Notes: generated by a model from the letters alone, not told the origin. A stretch of 64,000 bases of DNA from Bugula neritina (GCA_964035545.1 CAXIUT010000289.1:1-64000), one strand, 5' to 3'; positions 11,267 through 24,100 are shown, counted from the stretch's first letter. Translations and numbers: made by a program.

Positions 11267-12177
11267 CCTTGTTGGAGTTGAGGCCAGTTTTTCTGGAAAT
11301 ATCCTGGCCTCCCACATCCCCAGCAGAAGTTATGCCCCGTGCCTGGTGATTGTACCTGCGGCCCGCAAGGCTCACGGGCGGTATCTACCTGACTTGGGGG
11401 AGCTAATGTGGCGACCAGTTTGGCTAGCATGTCAGTTATCTGTGCGACTTTCGATGCTACCGACATCTGGGTCACATTAGCTACCGCGGAGGGTTCCGCA
11501 TTTGGTTCAGTATGAGCAGTAGTGTGCTCCGTGGCCACCTGGCGGGAGGCCACGCGGTTGCGATGCATCTGAGTCGCCAAGAGGTAGGCTTCTCCCACCA
11601 CGAGTGCATCCTCGACCGTGGCGACTCCCCTCGCTTGGAACTGATGGTGGAGCCCCAAGTCGTTGATGGACTGCACGAAGGCATCATAAGTATACCCCTC
11701 ACGGTTCGCTTGAGGCAGATTGCGGAACGCGATCTGCGCCAGCGTCATTACCGTGGTAGCGAACTCCTGCAGCGTCGTGTGAGGATCACGCCGCAGCTTT
11801 TGTAGGCGGTCTCGCGCATCTATGGCGGAGATACCAAAACGGGCCCGCAGAGAAGCAAAGATCCCGTCTATGTCAGGTCCCACTTCGTATGGCTTAGCCT
11901 TGTCTGTCAGCGCTATCCTGAGTTTGAGCAACGCCACCCTTAGTGGCCACCGTGCAACTTTCATCACATCTTGGAATTCCTGGATAAATTGCTCTACGGC
12001 TTCCTCGCCTGTGAAGGTGGGCGCCTTCAGCCGGTATCTATCCTCACCAGGCTCTCTAGGAATTCTTACTTCTTCTAACACTACTGGTTCTACAGGTATA
12101 TCAACATTATCTTCCTCACCTTCATTTAGTGGAATGGGTAGCTCCGTACCGTCTTCTGCCATGACTGTTATACGCAA
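11215..12177 (-). CDS. gag: Gypsy Gag
   Basis: 320-aa ORF right after the PBS; APTFTGEE..VEQF..F..V...W gag motif; degenerate zinc knuckle CWGCGRPGYFQKNW. Confidence 0.85.
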   Translation of the reverse strand: MRITVMAEDGTELPIPLNEGEEDNVDIPVEPVVLEEVRIPREPGEDRYRLKAPTFTGEEAVEQFIQEFQDVMKVARWPLRVALLKLRIALTDKAKPYEVGPDIDGIFASLRARFGISAIDARDRLQKLRRDPHTTLQEFATTVMTLAQIAFRNLPQANREGYTYDAFVQSINDLGLHHQFQARGVATVEDALVVGEAYLLATQMHRNRVASRQVATEHTTAHTEPNAEPSAVANVTQMSVASKVAQITDMLAKLVATLAPPSQVDTAREPCGPQVQSPGTGHNFCWGCGRPGYFQKNWPQLQQGLNYHGPQMFPPPAGRR

Positions 12178-12196
12178 GATCCCACTGCTGCCACCA
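12178..12196 (-). promoter_or_regulatory. Primer-binding site, tRNA-Leu-like
   Basis: Minus strand TGGTGGCAGCAGTGGGATC, 1 nt after the LTR; complementary to a ...TCCCACNGCTGCCACCA tRNA-Leu 3' end. Confidence 0.75.
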
Positions 12197-12197
12197 C

Positions 12198-12549
12198 TGT
12201 AGTAATTCGTGCAACTACTATGCGTGAGTTTTCTATTTGCGTATACTTAGTTGGCTATTCTACTAGCAATTACTAGGGTAGCTGTCGAGTAATTACGTTT
12301 ATTATCCACAATACAATACAAAACAAACATTACATCAAATTACACTATAACATCAGTCACTACTAACACATGATTCTATTTCAAGCCCTCGCTTACAACA
12401 ACGTGATCATTGTCAATTGCCCGGGAATTGTCACATGAGTCGGAAGCATATCTTTCGGTGCTGATGATTGGTTACTACATAGGGGCTTCAGAATTCCCAG
12501 AACGGAGAGAGGACGATTCTTATATTAGTACATTGCATGACTCACTACA
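12198..12549 (-). repeat. 5' LTR of Gypsy element 1
   Basis: TGTAGT...ACTACA termini; direct repeat of 7124-7472. Confidence 0.93.
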
Positions 12550-15500
12550 CCAACAACCTTTTGAAGGCATTCATAAAAGCTACACAAAAGATCCTTTGTG
12601 GTCCAAGCCGAAAATCGGATCACAAATTTCCAGTATCAGTATTAATGCAAAATGATAAAATAGCAAAAAGAAAATAACTCTGGAATGCGTATTTCATGAA
12701 AATTACATTATACTGAAAGCTTTAACAACAATCACAATAATAAGGCATTAGAAAGCTAGCCCAACTTGGCTACAATTACAGCATTCAAAACGATACGAAA
12801 CAGTAATTATAATACTGACGCAAGCAGTTACTTCAGAATTAATAGAGGATGAATTCCATTACATTCTCCCCCATTGAAAAGCATCCCCTTTTCCATAACA
12901 GAAACAAAGTGTTTGTACAACACAGGTCAAAAATAAAACACAACAGTGGAAAATATGTGGTTAACAGAAAAGTATTATGATTAATCACGCATGTCACAAT
13001 AAACAATCGTAGTAGTACCCACAATATATACAGTCCAGGGGGCTAATGCCGGTGGCTCCTAGTTGTCTGGTTCAGTCATTGGAGGTGGGGCACCAGGCTC
13101 TCTATATTTCTTCTTCAAGGATACTGACCAGGCCTGGATTGCACTATCTAGGACGCATTCTCGGTAAGGAAGTGCCACACTCTGCCGGTGACAGGGCAAT
13201 TGTGGGTGGGTCGGCTGAGTCTTCTCTTCTATCTGGCTGCCTGGTGCTCCGGGCTCCTTGCCCAGTCTTGTCAACGCTACCCGAAGAGGCGCTGGGTGGG
13301 GGCTGCTGTAGTGCCATCTCTAATCAGCTGGGCAGGTAGCTGGGTCAGGGCCTCATCTTCCTTCTCCTGAGGGGTTGTTGCTTTTAGAGAAGTCCTGTAC
13401 TGACAGGGCTATTTTGCAACTGAGGCTCAGATTACTGGGTGTACCACTCTTCTGTTGGGACATCTCCATGTGTCCCACGTGATAGTCCGCCAAATATCTG
13501 GGGGGTCTTCGTGACCGCTGGCTCCTCTCAGTCTGGGCAGGCCTTGATGGTGCTAGTGGTTCCTCGGCTGTCATAGTAGGGGGGTCCCCGCCTTCACCCA
13601 TCACGAGGGTGGGGGTGTCCTCCTCCAGGAGGGGTGGTGGCCCTGGGGCCTGTTGCTGCTCTTGCTGCCGCTCCTGCCTTTGCTGTTGTTCCAGCAGGGC
13701 AGCCTGTTCCTGATCTGCTTCCCTTGGGACAACAATTTCCACCTCTCAGGGTTGGGTGGTCCTTCCCCAACGATTGGGCTGGCGGTTGGGCTCCAGGAAG
13801 GGTGGAGCCTGACCCACCGCGTCTGGGCTAGCATGGTAAGGTTTCAGGCGTTGCTCGCTTTGGACTGAGACCTGTCCAGAGCGCTCCACACGGTACGTGT
13901 GGTTGGGCAGCACCTCCACTAAGCAGTAGGGACCGACGAACTCGGGATGAAGTTCAGCCGACTGTCCGCGTCGCCTTCAGTGGCTCACCATCCAGACCCA
14001 GTCTCCCACCTGGTACAACGGGAGCTCTTCTGAGTCTTCCGTGCGGGTCTGCCACTACTGGGCACGCAGTGCATCATGAGCTTTGCTCATGATTTCTATC
14101 AGACCCCCCATGTATTCATGTACCGGTGACTCGGGGGCAGGAAAATGGTATGTCAGGTGTTCCGGAACCGACATCTCTCGGCCTAGCATCAGAAAGTTTG
14201 GGGTCGCCTGCGTGGCGGAGTGTGGTGTGCTGCGGTAAGCCCGCATGATTTGCGGCAGCACCACGTCCCATTCTTCCTGACCTCGACCAAGGAGCAGGCT
14301 CCTGAGGGCGTCACCCAACATCCTGTTGTTCTGCTCAACGACTTCGTTTCCTTGCGGGTGATATGGGGTGGTCCGACTCTGGTTCATCCCCCATATCCGG
14401 CAGAGGTCTCCCATAAGCTGGGACTGGAACTGGGCACCCTGGTCCGTATGTATCTGCTCGGATAACCCGAGGTAACAGAACACATTTTGGTCCAGGGCCC
14501 GGGCCACTGTGGGGGCTGTTGCGTCTGGAATAGCCAGAGCATCTGCCCACCGGGTAAAGTGGTCCGTGAGCACCAGTATCCAGGTGTTCCCTCTGGCGGA
14601 TAACGGCATAGGCCCAACGAGGTCTACCGCCACTATCTGCCACGGTCGACCAGCGTATAGCCGGCGTCGACCAGTGGTTTCCGTGGGGCGGCCATGTTTA
14701 CTAGCTTGACAGACCTCGCATTGCCGTACCCGCAGTCGTACGTCTCGAGTCATTTCGGGCCAGTACCAACGCAGCCGCAGACATCTGATGACCCGACTGA
14801 CTCCAGAGTGAGCCTGTTTATGGGTGTCCCAGATTCGTTCCCGCCAGAGGGCGCGTGGACAGACGACGCGGTCCCTCTCCTGTTGACAGTTGTCTGCCGC
14901 TAACGTTATCATTAGGAGGCCGTCAGGGCTGACCTTGAAGGCATCCCAGCGACAACAGAAGAGTTGGAACTCAACGTCTCCCTGCCGCTGCTGTTCCTCG
15001 CTAGGTCGTCGGCCTTCCTTCTTGGCTCGGAATATGTTCGCTTCCGCGCCGGGTAGCGTCTCCTGGAGTCGGCACAGCTCCTTAACATTCTGGTACAGAG
15101 TGGGGTTGGTGTGGAGCGCCTGGACGTCGTCTGAGTGGGTTTTGGTCTGAAGATGGCCGTGCTCCCACCGATAGACGGTGCCCTCCCCTAACTCTGTTTC
15201 CACGTCAAGGTGAGCGGGTCTCTCGTCCCGCTTCTCAATGTGCAGGCATTGCTTACAGTCTTCTACCGGCCGGCGACTCATGCCGTCGGCGTTCCCATGC
15301 TTCCGGCCTGCACGGTGTTCTATCAGGTAAGAGAACTCGGCAAGAATCTCTAGCCAACGAGCCACCTGGCTTGAGAGCTCCGCACGTTTACACAGCCATA
15401 TCAGTGATGCATGGTCTGTTTGCAACCGGAACGTTCTCCCATACAGGTATGACCGCCTTGACTACTGCTAGGAGTTCCTTTCTAGTGGTGCAGTAGTTCT

Positions 15501-15660
15501 TCTCGGCGGCCGCGAGAGTCTTGCTGTAGTAAGCCACGACCACTTCACTTCCACCCTGAACTTGAGACAGAACAGCTCCCACACTGTGGTCGCTGGCGTC
15601 AGCGTCCAGGATGTACTCTTTGACTGGATCAGGATATGCCAGAATTGGCGCCTCCATTTG
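12550..15660 (-). mobile_element. 5'-truncated Gypsy element 2 (RNase H, integrase, 3' region, PPT, start of a different LTR)
   Basis: RNase H ILDADASDHSVGAVLSQ...KELLAVV; integrase; PPT GGGGGAGAA (12872-12864) followed by TGTAA at 12863. Confidence 0.8.
13353..15657 (-). pseudogene. pol: Gypsy pol fragment: RNase H, integrase (H2C2, DDE) and GPY/F tail, with frameshift and stops
   Basis: AVDLVGP, IHTDQG, YHPQGNEVVEQ; GPYCLVEVLPNHTY beyond the stop at 14055. Confidence 0.9.
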
Positions 15661-15897
15661 CCATTGCTTGAAGAAAGGTCACGGGGAACAGTCCACTCCT
15701 TCACTTCAGAACTAATAGAGAATGAAAATCTATTACAATATTGTGTGGTGGCTCGATGAACTACTTTCATAATTGAAAAAGGGAAATAGTCTAGAAGTAA
15801 CTTCCCAAAAAGTGCTCAAAAAATTGACTTATTGTTATAACTTCCACAATTATACTGAGTATGGGATCCGGTTATACTATAATTATCCATGTTGCAT

Positions 15898-16147
15898 TGT
15901 TAGACACCAGACGAGTAATTAAGAGAGAAGAAGATTTATTTAATACACTAAGTATACGAGTAAAAGTAGTACAATTCGAATAACACACATACATAAAACT
16001 CCTATTCTAACACAATCAGCAGCACGCTCTATCTGAACTATATTATTAGAATACTGTCCGGAAGCCTTTCTGCTTCGTCGGGGTGATCACGGGCTTAATG
16101 AGGATTGGTTTGTGAGCATGTGGCCTTACGCTTTACTGGCCACTACA
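15898..16147. mobile_element. Possible solo LTR
   Basis: TGTTAG...CACTACA termini and a minus-strand AATAAA; no TSD found. Confidence 0.35.
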
Positions 16148-16341
16148 TTATTACACTTTATTAGGTGGCCACTCGAAGAAAATTGTTTCTAGATCAGGAT
16201 TTTGTGCTGATTCTGAATCTACAAACTCTAGAATTCTATCTTTACCCAAACTCAAGTTATTGTAAAAAACAAATCGACATCTTGGATGAGTGATAAAAAG
16301 AAATGTAGAACGTGTGCAAAATAGTATCCAATTTTACCAAG

Positions 16342-16684
16342 TGTTGTGTCTTAGCACAATTATTAGCGTGGATTGCCTGCGTATTTAGTGTCAATTTAAC
16401 TAGCAATTACTAATATAGCTTGCGTAGATAACCTTTATTTAGCTCGATAAACATATTTATAACATCACATCAAAATACCACAATACATCAATCAATTACA
16501 AACACATGTTACTACTACGAGTCCTTGCTCACAACAACACATGGTTTCTGCTGACTAACCCGGGAACAGTCACTTGACAGGAAGCTCGCCTTCCGGTCCC
16601 TCTGATTGGATAGTAAAACATAGTTATAAGTATTCCCATACAAGAGGGGACGACCCCATTATTATACTACGTAATCCCATTACA
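16342..16684 (-). mobile_element. Solo LTR, diverged relative of the element-1 LTR
   Basis: TG...CA, 343 bp, 4-bp TSD CAAG on both sides. Collinear blocks shared with the element-1 LTR (gcgtatttagt, ctagcaattacta, cccgggaa, ttccggt, ctgattgg). Confidence 0.85.
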
Positions 16685-18417
16685 CAAGCTATCTTGAAAA
16701 AAAAAATTTGCTGAAATATCAAAAATAATTGCCTCTTAACTGGAATTCTATGCTGATGCTGAATTTAAAGACTGCAAAATGCTCTCTCAAATTAAAACCA
16801 AGTTGGTTACCTAAACATATATTATGTTTGTTATGCATCAAGGTATTGCATGCAGCATAAGCATACAGAATAATTGTATGACCAAGCTATTTATACAAAA
16901 ACAAAGTTATGCTGATGTGTGAAAAAACTATATTTATAAAATTATAGCGCAAAATAAATGTTGAAATGAATAAATATTAGTAGCATGACTTCCCGCGTAG
17001 CAGAACAGTTGTTATTAGACAGGCAAACTAGAAACACTGTATTGAGTTGCTGCAGAATATCTGAATAGATGTAGATCGTTTTATTTGTGTACTTATTGTG
17101 TAAATATATTTTTTATTATCTGAAACTACAATTGCGAAATTGATTGGATTACATGCAATGCACTAATTTGATTATACACTGAAACCCACAAGAGTAAAAA
17201 TTATAACAATTGTAGCACTTTTGTGTGGCCTCGAAATAGATCAAGCAGAAAGCATAACCCTTACTTATAAAGCGGCAAGAAAAGTTGTGTAAGTTTAAAT
17301 AATAAAGTCTTTATTGATTGTCTAGATGTGTAACTAGCGAGCTCGGGTTGTAGACTAACAACCGCCAGCTCTCTTCCTAGCTTATTTAGTAGGAACCATC
17401 CTCTTCCACAGCCTTGTCCAACCATTGGCGAAGTCCAGAGTGTCAGAGCTAAATATGACCGATATTTCAAACATGCCGACTTTCGGCTCAAATGAGGAAG
17501 CAATTGACATATATGACAGGAATATTATATATAAGAAAAAATAAAAAGGACAATTCCAAAAACCAATTCTAGAAAACTACTACAATATTAAAACCATGAA
17601 ATTATAATACTGACAAAAATTAATGTAATATACTATTATTCTCACCAATCTGTTGGGGAAGCTGGTATTATATGTTATACATACCTGATATGTATTATAT
17701 AAAAGTGTGTATTGTTATATGTTGAAAATAATCAATGGACAGGTTGTGCATGCGATTATTGGCTGGATTAGTTTTAAAAATCGCAAAGTTATATATGCAC
17801 AATTTACCCTTTGAGAAAGCAAATGCAGGGGAGAAATAATTCGCAACGTCAAAAATGAAAAATGCATAAAAGTTCACTTTAATTAGCTTTTCAAATCTTA
17901 AACTGCTGCTCTTTTAATCAAAAATTAATAGTTTTCATATCTTTAAAGCTGTGAGAGTGGTTTTAACAGCTTTTGCTAAATTATCCACGATAGACATGAA
18001 ATAAAAGATTTTTACATATAGGCCTATGCATTGTAAAGTTGAAAGTTGAAATGAATGTTATGTATAATATAAATAATTCTACAGGTGTTATACACATTAT
18101 ACGCAATATAATATTCTTATTAATGAAATTGTTTTTAAACATTACTGTGAGCATCTTGGCATGTATGATCATTCTGTTGCTATAAAAACTCCATTGTCTG
18201 ATGATAAAGTAATAACACAGCTTGCTTAAAAATTGTTATGTATTTGAAAATGATTCAAATCGTATAATTTGTTACAAATACATTATTTTAGAAATAAATC
18301 TGTTGTTGACTTGCATCCCTGACTGTGTTACTCAGCTCATTATAATTGGGCCTGAAAACATAAGAATCGATCATTATAAGATTCATGCAGACGGAATGAC
18401 TCTGACTGGATGAATAA

Positions 18418-18639
18418 CTATTGTGGAGTTTTTTTTCTGTTACCTGTTTTATCAAATAGATTTTTCCACCAGCTGCTCCCTTTGAGCTTGGAGGTACCTG
18501 AGCCTATGTTCGGATTCAAGGGGTTACCAAAACCAAAATCATCATCAAATGCCACTATACGTTTATCCACTGCTGGAGCAGCATCAGCAGCCACACAGAG
18601 TACAGCAAACAGCAGGGCAATAGCTGCAAACCACCTCAT
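18418..18639 (-). CDS. Small secreted prepropeptide, 73 aa (antimicrobial- or neuropeptide-like)
   Basis: Signal peptide MRWFAAIALLFAVLCVAADA, pro-piece APAVDKR ending in a dibasic site, then IVAFDDDFGFGNPLNPNIGSGTSKLKGSSWWKNLFDKTGNRKKTPQ. Confidence 0.75.
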   Translation of the reverse strand: MRWFAAIALLFAVLCVAADAAPAVDKRIVAFDDDFGFGNPLNPNIGSGTSKLKGSSWWKNLFDKTGNRKKTPQ

Positions 18640-21118
18640 CTTGACCACAAGGAGCTTTGTTGACTGCAGATGTCAGCTCTTCACTACTAAATACTTATGA
18701 TTCATGTAACTTATCTGCTGTTTGGTGATATGGTGTGGTACATGAGAGTTCACAGCTGTGCCACGCAGTCAAACTGTTTAACCAAGAGGGTAAGTAAACT
18801 TGCCCCATATCAGATATGTCTGCATGAGTTGGATTTCAACTTACACTCAATAAAGCAATTGAGACAATTACTGCACTAGTCTCTATAGCTGTATTATAGT
18901 ACGAAGTATAAGATCGTATTGCTATAGCCAATCACAGCACTTTTTTGCTGGTTTTTACCATCATTGGTCAGGTTGTATAATTATATGCAGGGACTAGGGA
19001 GTCAACTAAGATATATTTATAAGACGGGCACACAGTGTACGTGTTCAGTTATGTTAGAGGGTTTGGCAGTATGCCTTCTGTTGATAGAACATAATATTGT
19101 TATAGTAATTCTGCTAGCATTATGCAACTGTGTGTGATAGATCCACTGTTCACATTGAAGACAACATCAGGTACTACACAGGAAGGAATATGATCGGAAG
19201 CTTTATTTACTAACATATATGTAGCCTCTGCACATGTTTCTTTGCTGAAGAAACATAAGATATGTTATTTTAGTGGTGCTAATGTAGTAAAAGGTAGGAC
19301 ATTTCAAGTTGTGAAAATTAGTTTCACAAAACTCTTGTGGTAAAAATGAAAAGAATAATGTAAAAACATGCATGGTGTAGTGGTTAGCGAAGCGTACACA
19401 TCATGCACGTGTAGAATAGCCAATAATACTGAAGCACGTGATTACCCCCTGCGGAGCAGAATACTTCCGGAGAACTGAGTAGTTAGTTACGAGTAGTGCA
19501 TTGATTGATGTAGTAGGCTTGAATAGACTGTAAATGTATTTTAGACACTGAATGTGTCTCTCTTTTATTCTATACGTATATAACAAGTATAGTTCTTTTA
19601 TCACCCTATCAGCTGAGTAATCCTTCGAGCTAATAATCAAATAAAGTATCATTGCGCACACAGAATCCACCGTAAGCAATAATTGGCAGAATGATTACAA
19701 TACATTGCTACAAAAAGTGATGGAGAAATGAAGAGAAAAAATTTCTTATAATCTGTAAAATCCCTACTGCACCGCATGTGGTTTTTACACAGACAGGGCG
19801 GTTCTTAAGATGAAGCTAATTAATTACCGGATTGTTACGTAACTGATAAAACAGAATCTAGCAAACTTTAAGTAATATTTTGCTTTTTTAACAAATAACT
19901 ATTTATATTATGTGGCACTGTACGTTTTAGCATTTTGAAAGTGCTTTATGTTCAATTTATTCAATAGTATCAACTTTTAATTTAATCCAGTAACTGCTGC
20001 TAGGGATTGCAAGCTTGCTGATAGACTTTTTGTACCACAATGCTATTTTAGCAAAATTTGTTCCATCAGTTTATATAATATAATAATTATTGCATGAAAC
20101 AGATTTATTGATTGCTTCAACCATCAACATTTTAAGTATAGCTTTGCCATAGCCAGTGTTCTAACATCATAGCTTTACCATAGCCATGGCCATGTTATAT
20201 CATCATATAATAAAGCAATATATTTAATCAATTTATATAAAAACACAACGTATTTAGTTATATTTATATGTTTTAGAGTAGAGTGGCGAATAATATAAAT
20301 TTATTTAAAAAGTAAGTATTATAGTTGTATGCTGTTTCAGCTACCAAAATAGTTTTTCTCCACCATAAGTTATATTTAAATGTATGTATGTAGCACTTAT
20401 TCATAAAATTAAAATGCAAATAATGGTTTTTATAGGAGTTGTCTGATAGCTGTTATAATAAACAATGCACTCATTCTGGTGTGATAAGCAAGTTTTTGGA
20501 ATAGCATAAACGCAGGATGAAATATTTTTGAGAGTTGTCCTCTTTTGTAAAGAGATAATTAACTGCTTGAATTTTGTAACTTATAGATAATGTAACAATT
20601 ATAGGCATAAAACAATTCTATCATCTAATATATGAGATTCATAACGGCATACCGTAGTCAAAATTACTAGCGTCATTAGCTGAGGGCTTCTGTATACATA
20701 TTTATATTTTTTGTTTTATTTATAAAAGTGCTGCTACCAGTTACCCTAAAAAGCAACTGCAAATAACTTTCTGACAGTTGAAGTCCATATTTTATTCTTT
20801 TTTTATACCAAAGAGTAATAATTATGTACAACATTGCTATAGGACATGGACTAACCAGCCTTTACAACCTCATTTAGATGATATAATTTAAAGCTACTCA
20901 TGCAGCTTGGTGTATATCGAATATAACCAATTAGTGAAGCACATAATTTTTATTATGCAGGCATTTTTTACTAGACAAAAGCAAAAAGTTATTTTTATAT
21001 TTTGCCAGAGTTGATTAGAACTAAAGATTCATAAAAAAAGCAGCTGTCAGTAGACTGAGTAAGTATCAATGGTTTTATATACAATAGTGTTGCTATGGCA
21101 ACAAGACTCAGGGGCCCA

Positions 21119-24100
21119 TCACGGAGTATGACTGAGTCGATGGACACCAGTGACAGAGACCTCTGACAGCTGAGATACTGTGCTGAACCTTCTAGAGGTG
21201 AAGAGACTTTCACTTTGCAAGTCACTTTGTAGTTTGAGTTTTCTTCTCTTGACTATTTTTATGACAATTACCAGAGCCAGGAGTAGCACTGCAATGGCTG
21301 CTACAGATGAGCTGATGATGACGGTTAACTCTGAAGAAAATAGATTCTTAAGTAACAAATAATATTATTTAATAACACAGCGTATAATTTAAAATATACA
21401 AGGTAGCCTCTTACATATAAAGCATTGAAAGCATTTCAGTAAAAAGTAAGCTGTATTTTAAGCACTGAAATATAATTTTCTAGAATTGCTTAAAAACTAT
21501 AATTTCACAAATATTACCATTATAGATTAAAGATTGAGATGATGACCCATTGCTCTCATGAAGAGACTTCTCATCTTGATTAGACTTGGTGTTTTCAACA
21601 GCACTTGTAGCGTCTGCAGTTGTACTGCAATCTGTTACTATAAATTATACATCATCATATAATAACTACAGTTCTCCTAACATAGCATTAACCGTGGTAA
21701 CCAGTTGAACAAGACTGGACTTTAAACATGAAAAGCAGAATAGGATACTCAGGTAGATTAAATTATTAGCAAATAAATATCTGAAAGTAAGGAGATAATG
21801 TAGTAATATATCCCCTTGTGGCTCCTCGAAGTTTATTTAGGTCTTGCAAAACAGATATTTTTAGTCTTTATAGCCCTAATATGGCAGATAACAATGACAA
21901 ATAACCTTTCTGGACTCAAAGTTGGCAACACTCACCCACAATGTGTCCATGGCCAGGAGTGTAACCATTTGTAGTATCAGTGATCATAGTTGGCTCTGGA
22001 TTTACTGGGGATGGTGAGGTTGTGGAACTAGCAACAGGATGTGGTGGCAATGGCGGTAACCGTGGAGACAGTGTCATTATATCGTCTTCTGGGTGAACCA
22101 AACTGCTAGAATTCTCTGTTAGTGTAACAAGATAAAATTGATTTCTACCTTTGTCAATCCATTGATGGAATCTGGGGTAAGAGTAGGTGTCACATGGTGT
22201 AGATATGTATCACACAGTATAAATATGTGTCATACTGTATACATGAATACGTGTCACACTGTATGCATATTATGTGTCACACAGTATTCACTCACACTAT
22301 ATACATATATGTCATACTCTACAGATATGTGTCACACTGTATTTTTTACGCTGTCTGGCTGCAGAAATCTTTTCTCACAGATTTCTGTTTCAAGTTAGGT
22401 TCAAGTTTAAACTAAAAATTCTAAATTAAAATTTCTAGACTAAAGTCTGAGAAAATGTTCAACTACACTAAAAAATATAATATTCTCTTTTGAGTTGTTT
22501 TAGTTTTAGGAAATTATTTTGAAGTATAATGGTATCAACAGATTTTCCCCAGTTTTGGACTCCGTGATAAGCATGTGCAGCATTCTCAGCTGTTTTAGAA
22601 TTTCCAAACTTACCTTTACAAGAGTACACCAGGTGAACTTACCTTTACAAGAGTACACCAGGTGAACTTACCTTTACAAGAGTACACCAGGTGAACTTAC
22701 CTTTACAAGAGTACATAAGGTGAACTGCCACAATCTCAGGGATATTGGTTGATTCAACGCAAGGAAAGGTGATGTTTCTGTTGCTCTGTAGCCTGGTTGT
22801 ATTAATTTGATATGTCAGCCCAAACTCATCATCAAATTGACAGCCTTCTATGGAGTCTCCAGTGTATTGGTTTAGACATCCATCAATATCTGACCACAGA
22901 GTCGGTGCCTACAAGTCAAAGGTAAGCAATGTGAGAAGCTCTCAGATTACACCTCATTTCTATGCAGCCCCATAATTTAAAGACTAAGCATTTGTATAAT
23001 TTCAACTTCGCGGCATCTAAAGTTTATAAGTTGTTATTGTAAAAATATTAAATAATCAGTTGAAATTGCATTAACCATGAGGAAGCTGTAGATCTAAGTA
23101 GGACCAATAACTGCAGTAGAAAGCTCATAATCAAATATAATAAATAATCTAATAAATTGTCATAAATCAGTTTTGATGGTTTAATAATAATTTTAATGCT
23201 TTGCATGAATGTGTATGGTTGAAAATATATAAATTAGTCTAAAAGATTATTGCAATAATTGTGGAAGCAATTTATATTCATTACCTTCAGGGTGATAGCA
23301 GATTAGTAATAAATAAAAGGAAATTGGCTTTTACCTTTGTCTAGATACCTCACCTTTATCTTTGTCACCTCACCTTTATCTATAGACAGCTTACCTTTAC
23401 CTATAGAAAGCTTACCTTTTCCTAAAAACTTCACTTTTACCTATATATTTCCCCTTTACCTAAATGCCTTATCTTTACCTATATGTTTTACTTTTACCTA
23501 CATGCCTCACCTTTATCTATATGCTTTACCTTTATTTAAATGCATTATCATTTCTTACATGTTTAATTTGTCGAAGCAGGGTGTTTTTAAGCCTAATTTT
23601 AATTGAAATACCATCTTGCTATGCATTGCAAACTGTTCTGATGTAATCACAAATCAAATCAAATTAAGATCTTCTAACACGGTAAGCTGTAGCTATGAAA
23701 TATGTGATCTATAGTCATTATATAGTTCAGGATTAGAAGGCTTGACTGTTGCAGCTTAAAGATGTAACTACTATTTGGGTTTTAAATCTTGTCCTGTGTC
23801 AACTATCTGTGAAATGTTTTAAGGGGTTACAATGAGATATCACATCAAGTGTTTCTGTCATCTATTTATGCCAATTTTTTATGTTCGTTCTATTTAACGT
23901 TTAATAAATCCTGTTTTAGTTTGCAAAGTAGTTAAAACAATTTATATTATAAAATCAATGACACTGGTTCAACTATTGCAGGGGGTGGTTCAACTTGCAT
24001 CCCTACTGGGGCATGTTGTACCAAAATGAACAGGTTACAGTAGAAAAACTGGCTCTATCTTAGTGAGCAAAATGTTTATGCAAATTTAGTTTTATTGAAC

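Larger units (their letters stand above)
7124..12549 (-). mobile_element. Internally deleted (non-autonomous) Ty3/Gypsy LTR retrotransposon
   Basis: Two LTRs of about 350 bp (7124-7472, 12198-12549), about 96% identical by manual count. PBS next to the 5' LTR, PPT next to the 3' LTR, gag, protease and an integrase H2C2 fragment. No RT or RNase H motifs. Confidence 0.93.

Noticed and set aside
9100-12202. Many plus-strand ORFs antisense to the Gypsy genes
   Set aside because: Shadow ORFs of GC-rich coding sequence with no recognisable motifs.
13046-13400. Accessory ORF in element 2 analogous to that in element 1
   Set aside because: Only short broken frames and no zinc-finger motif recovered.
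16160-17235. Possible DNA transposon hosting the solo LTR (repeated tgctgaTtctgaat motifs, ggccac ends)
   Set aside because: TIR match too short and no TSD; boundaries cannot be supported.
22607-22725. CRISPR-like 29-bp repeats (also 695-830 and 48033-48385)
   Set aside because: Head-to-tail with no unique spacers, no cas genes, and eukaryotic context.
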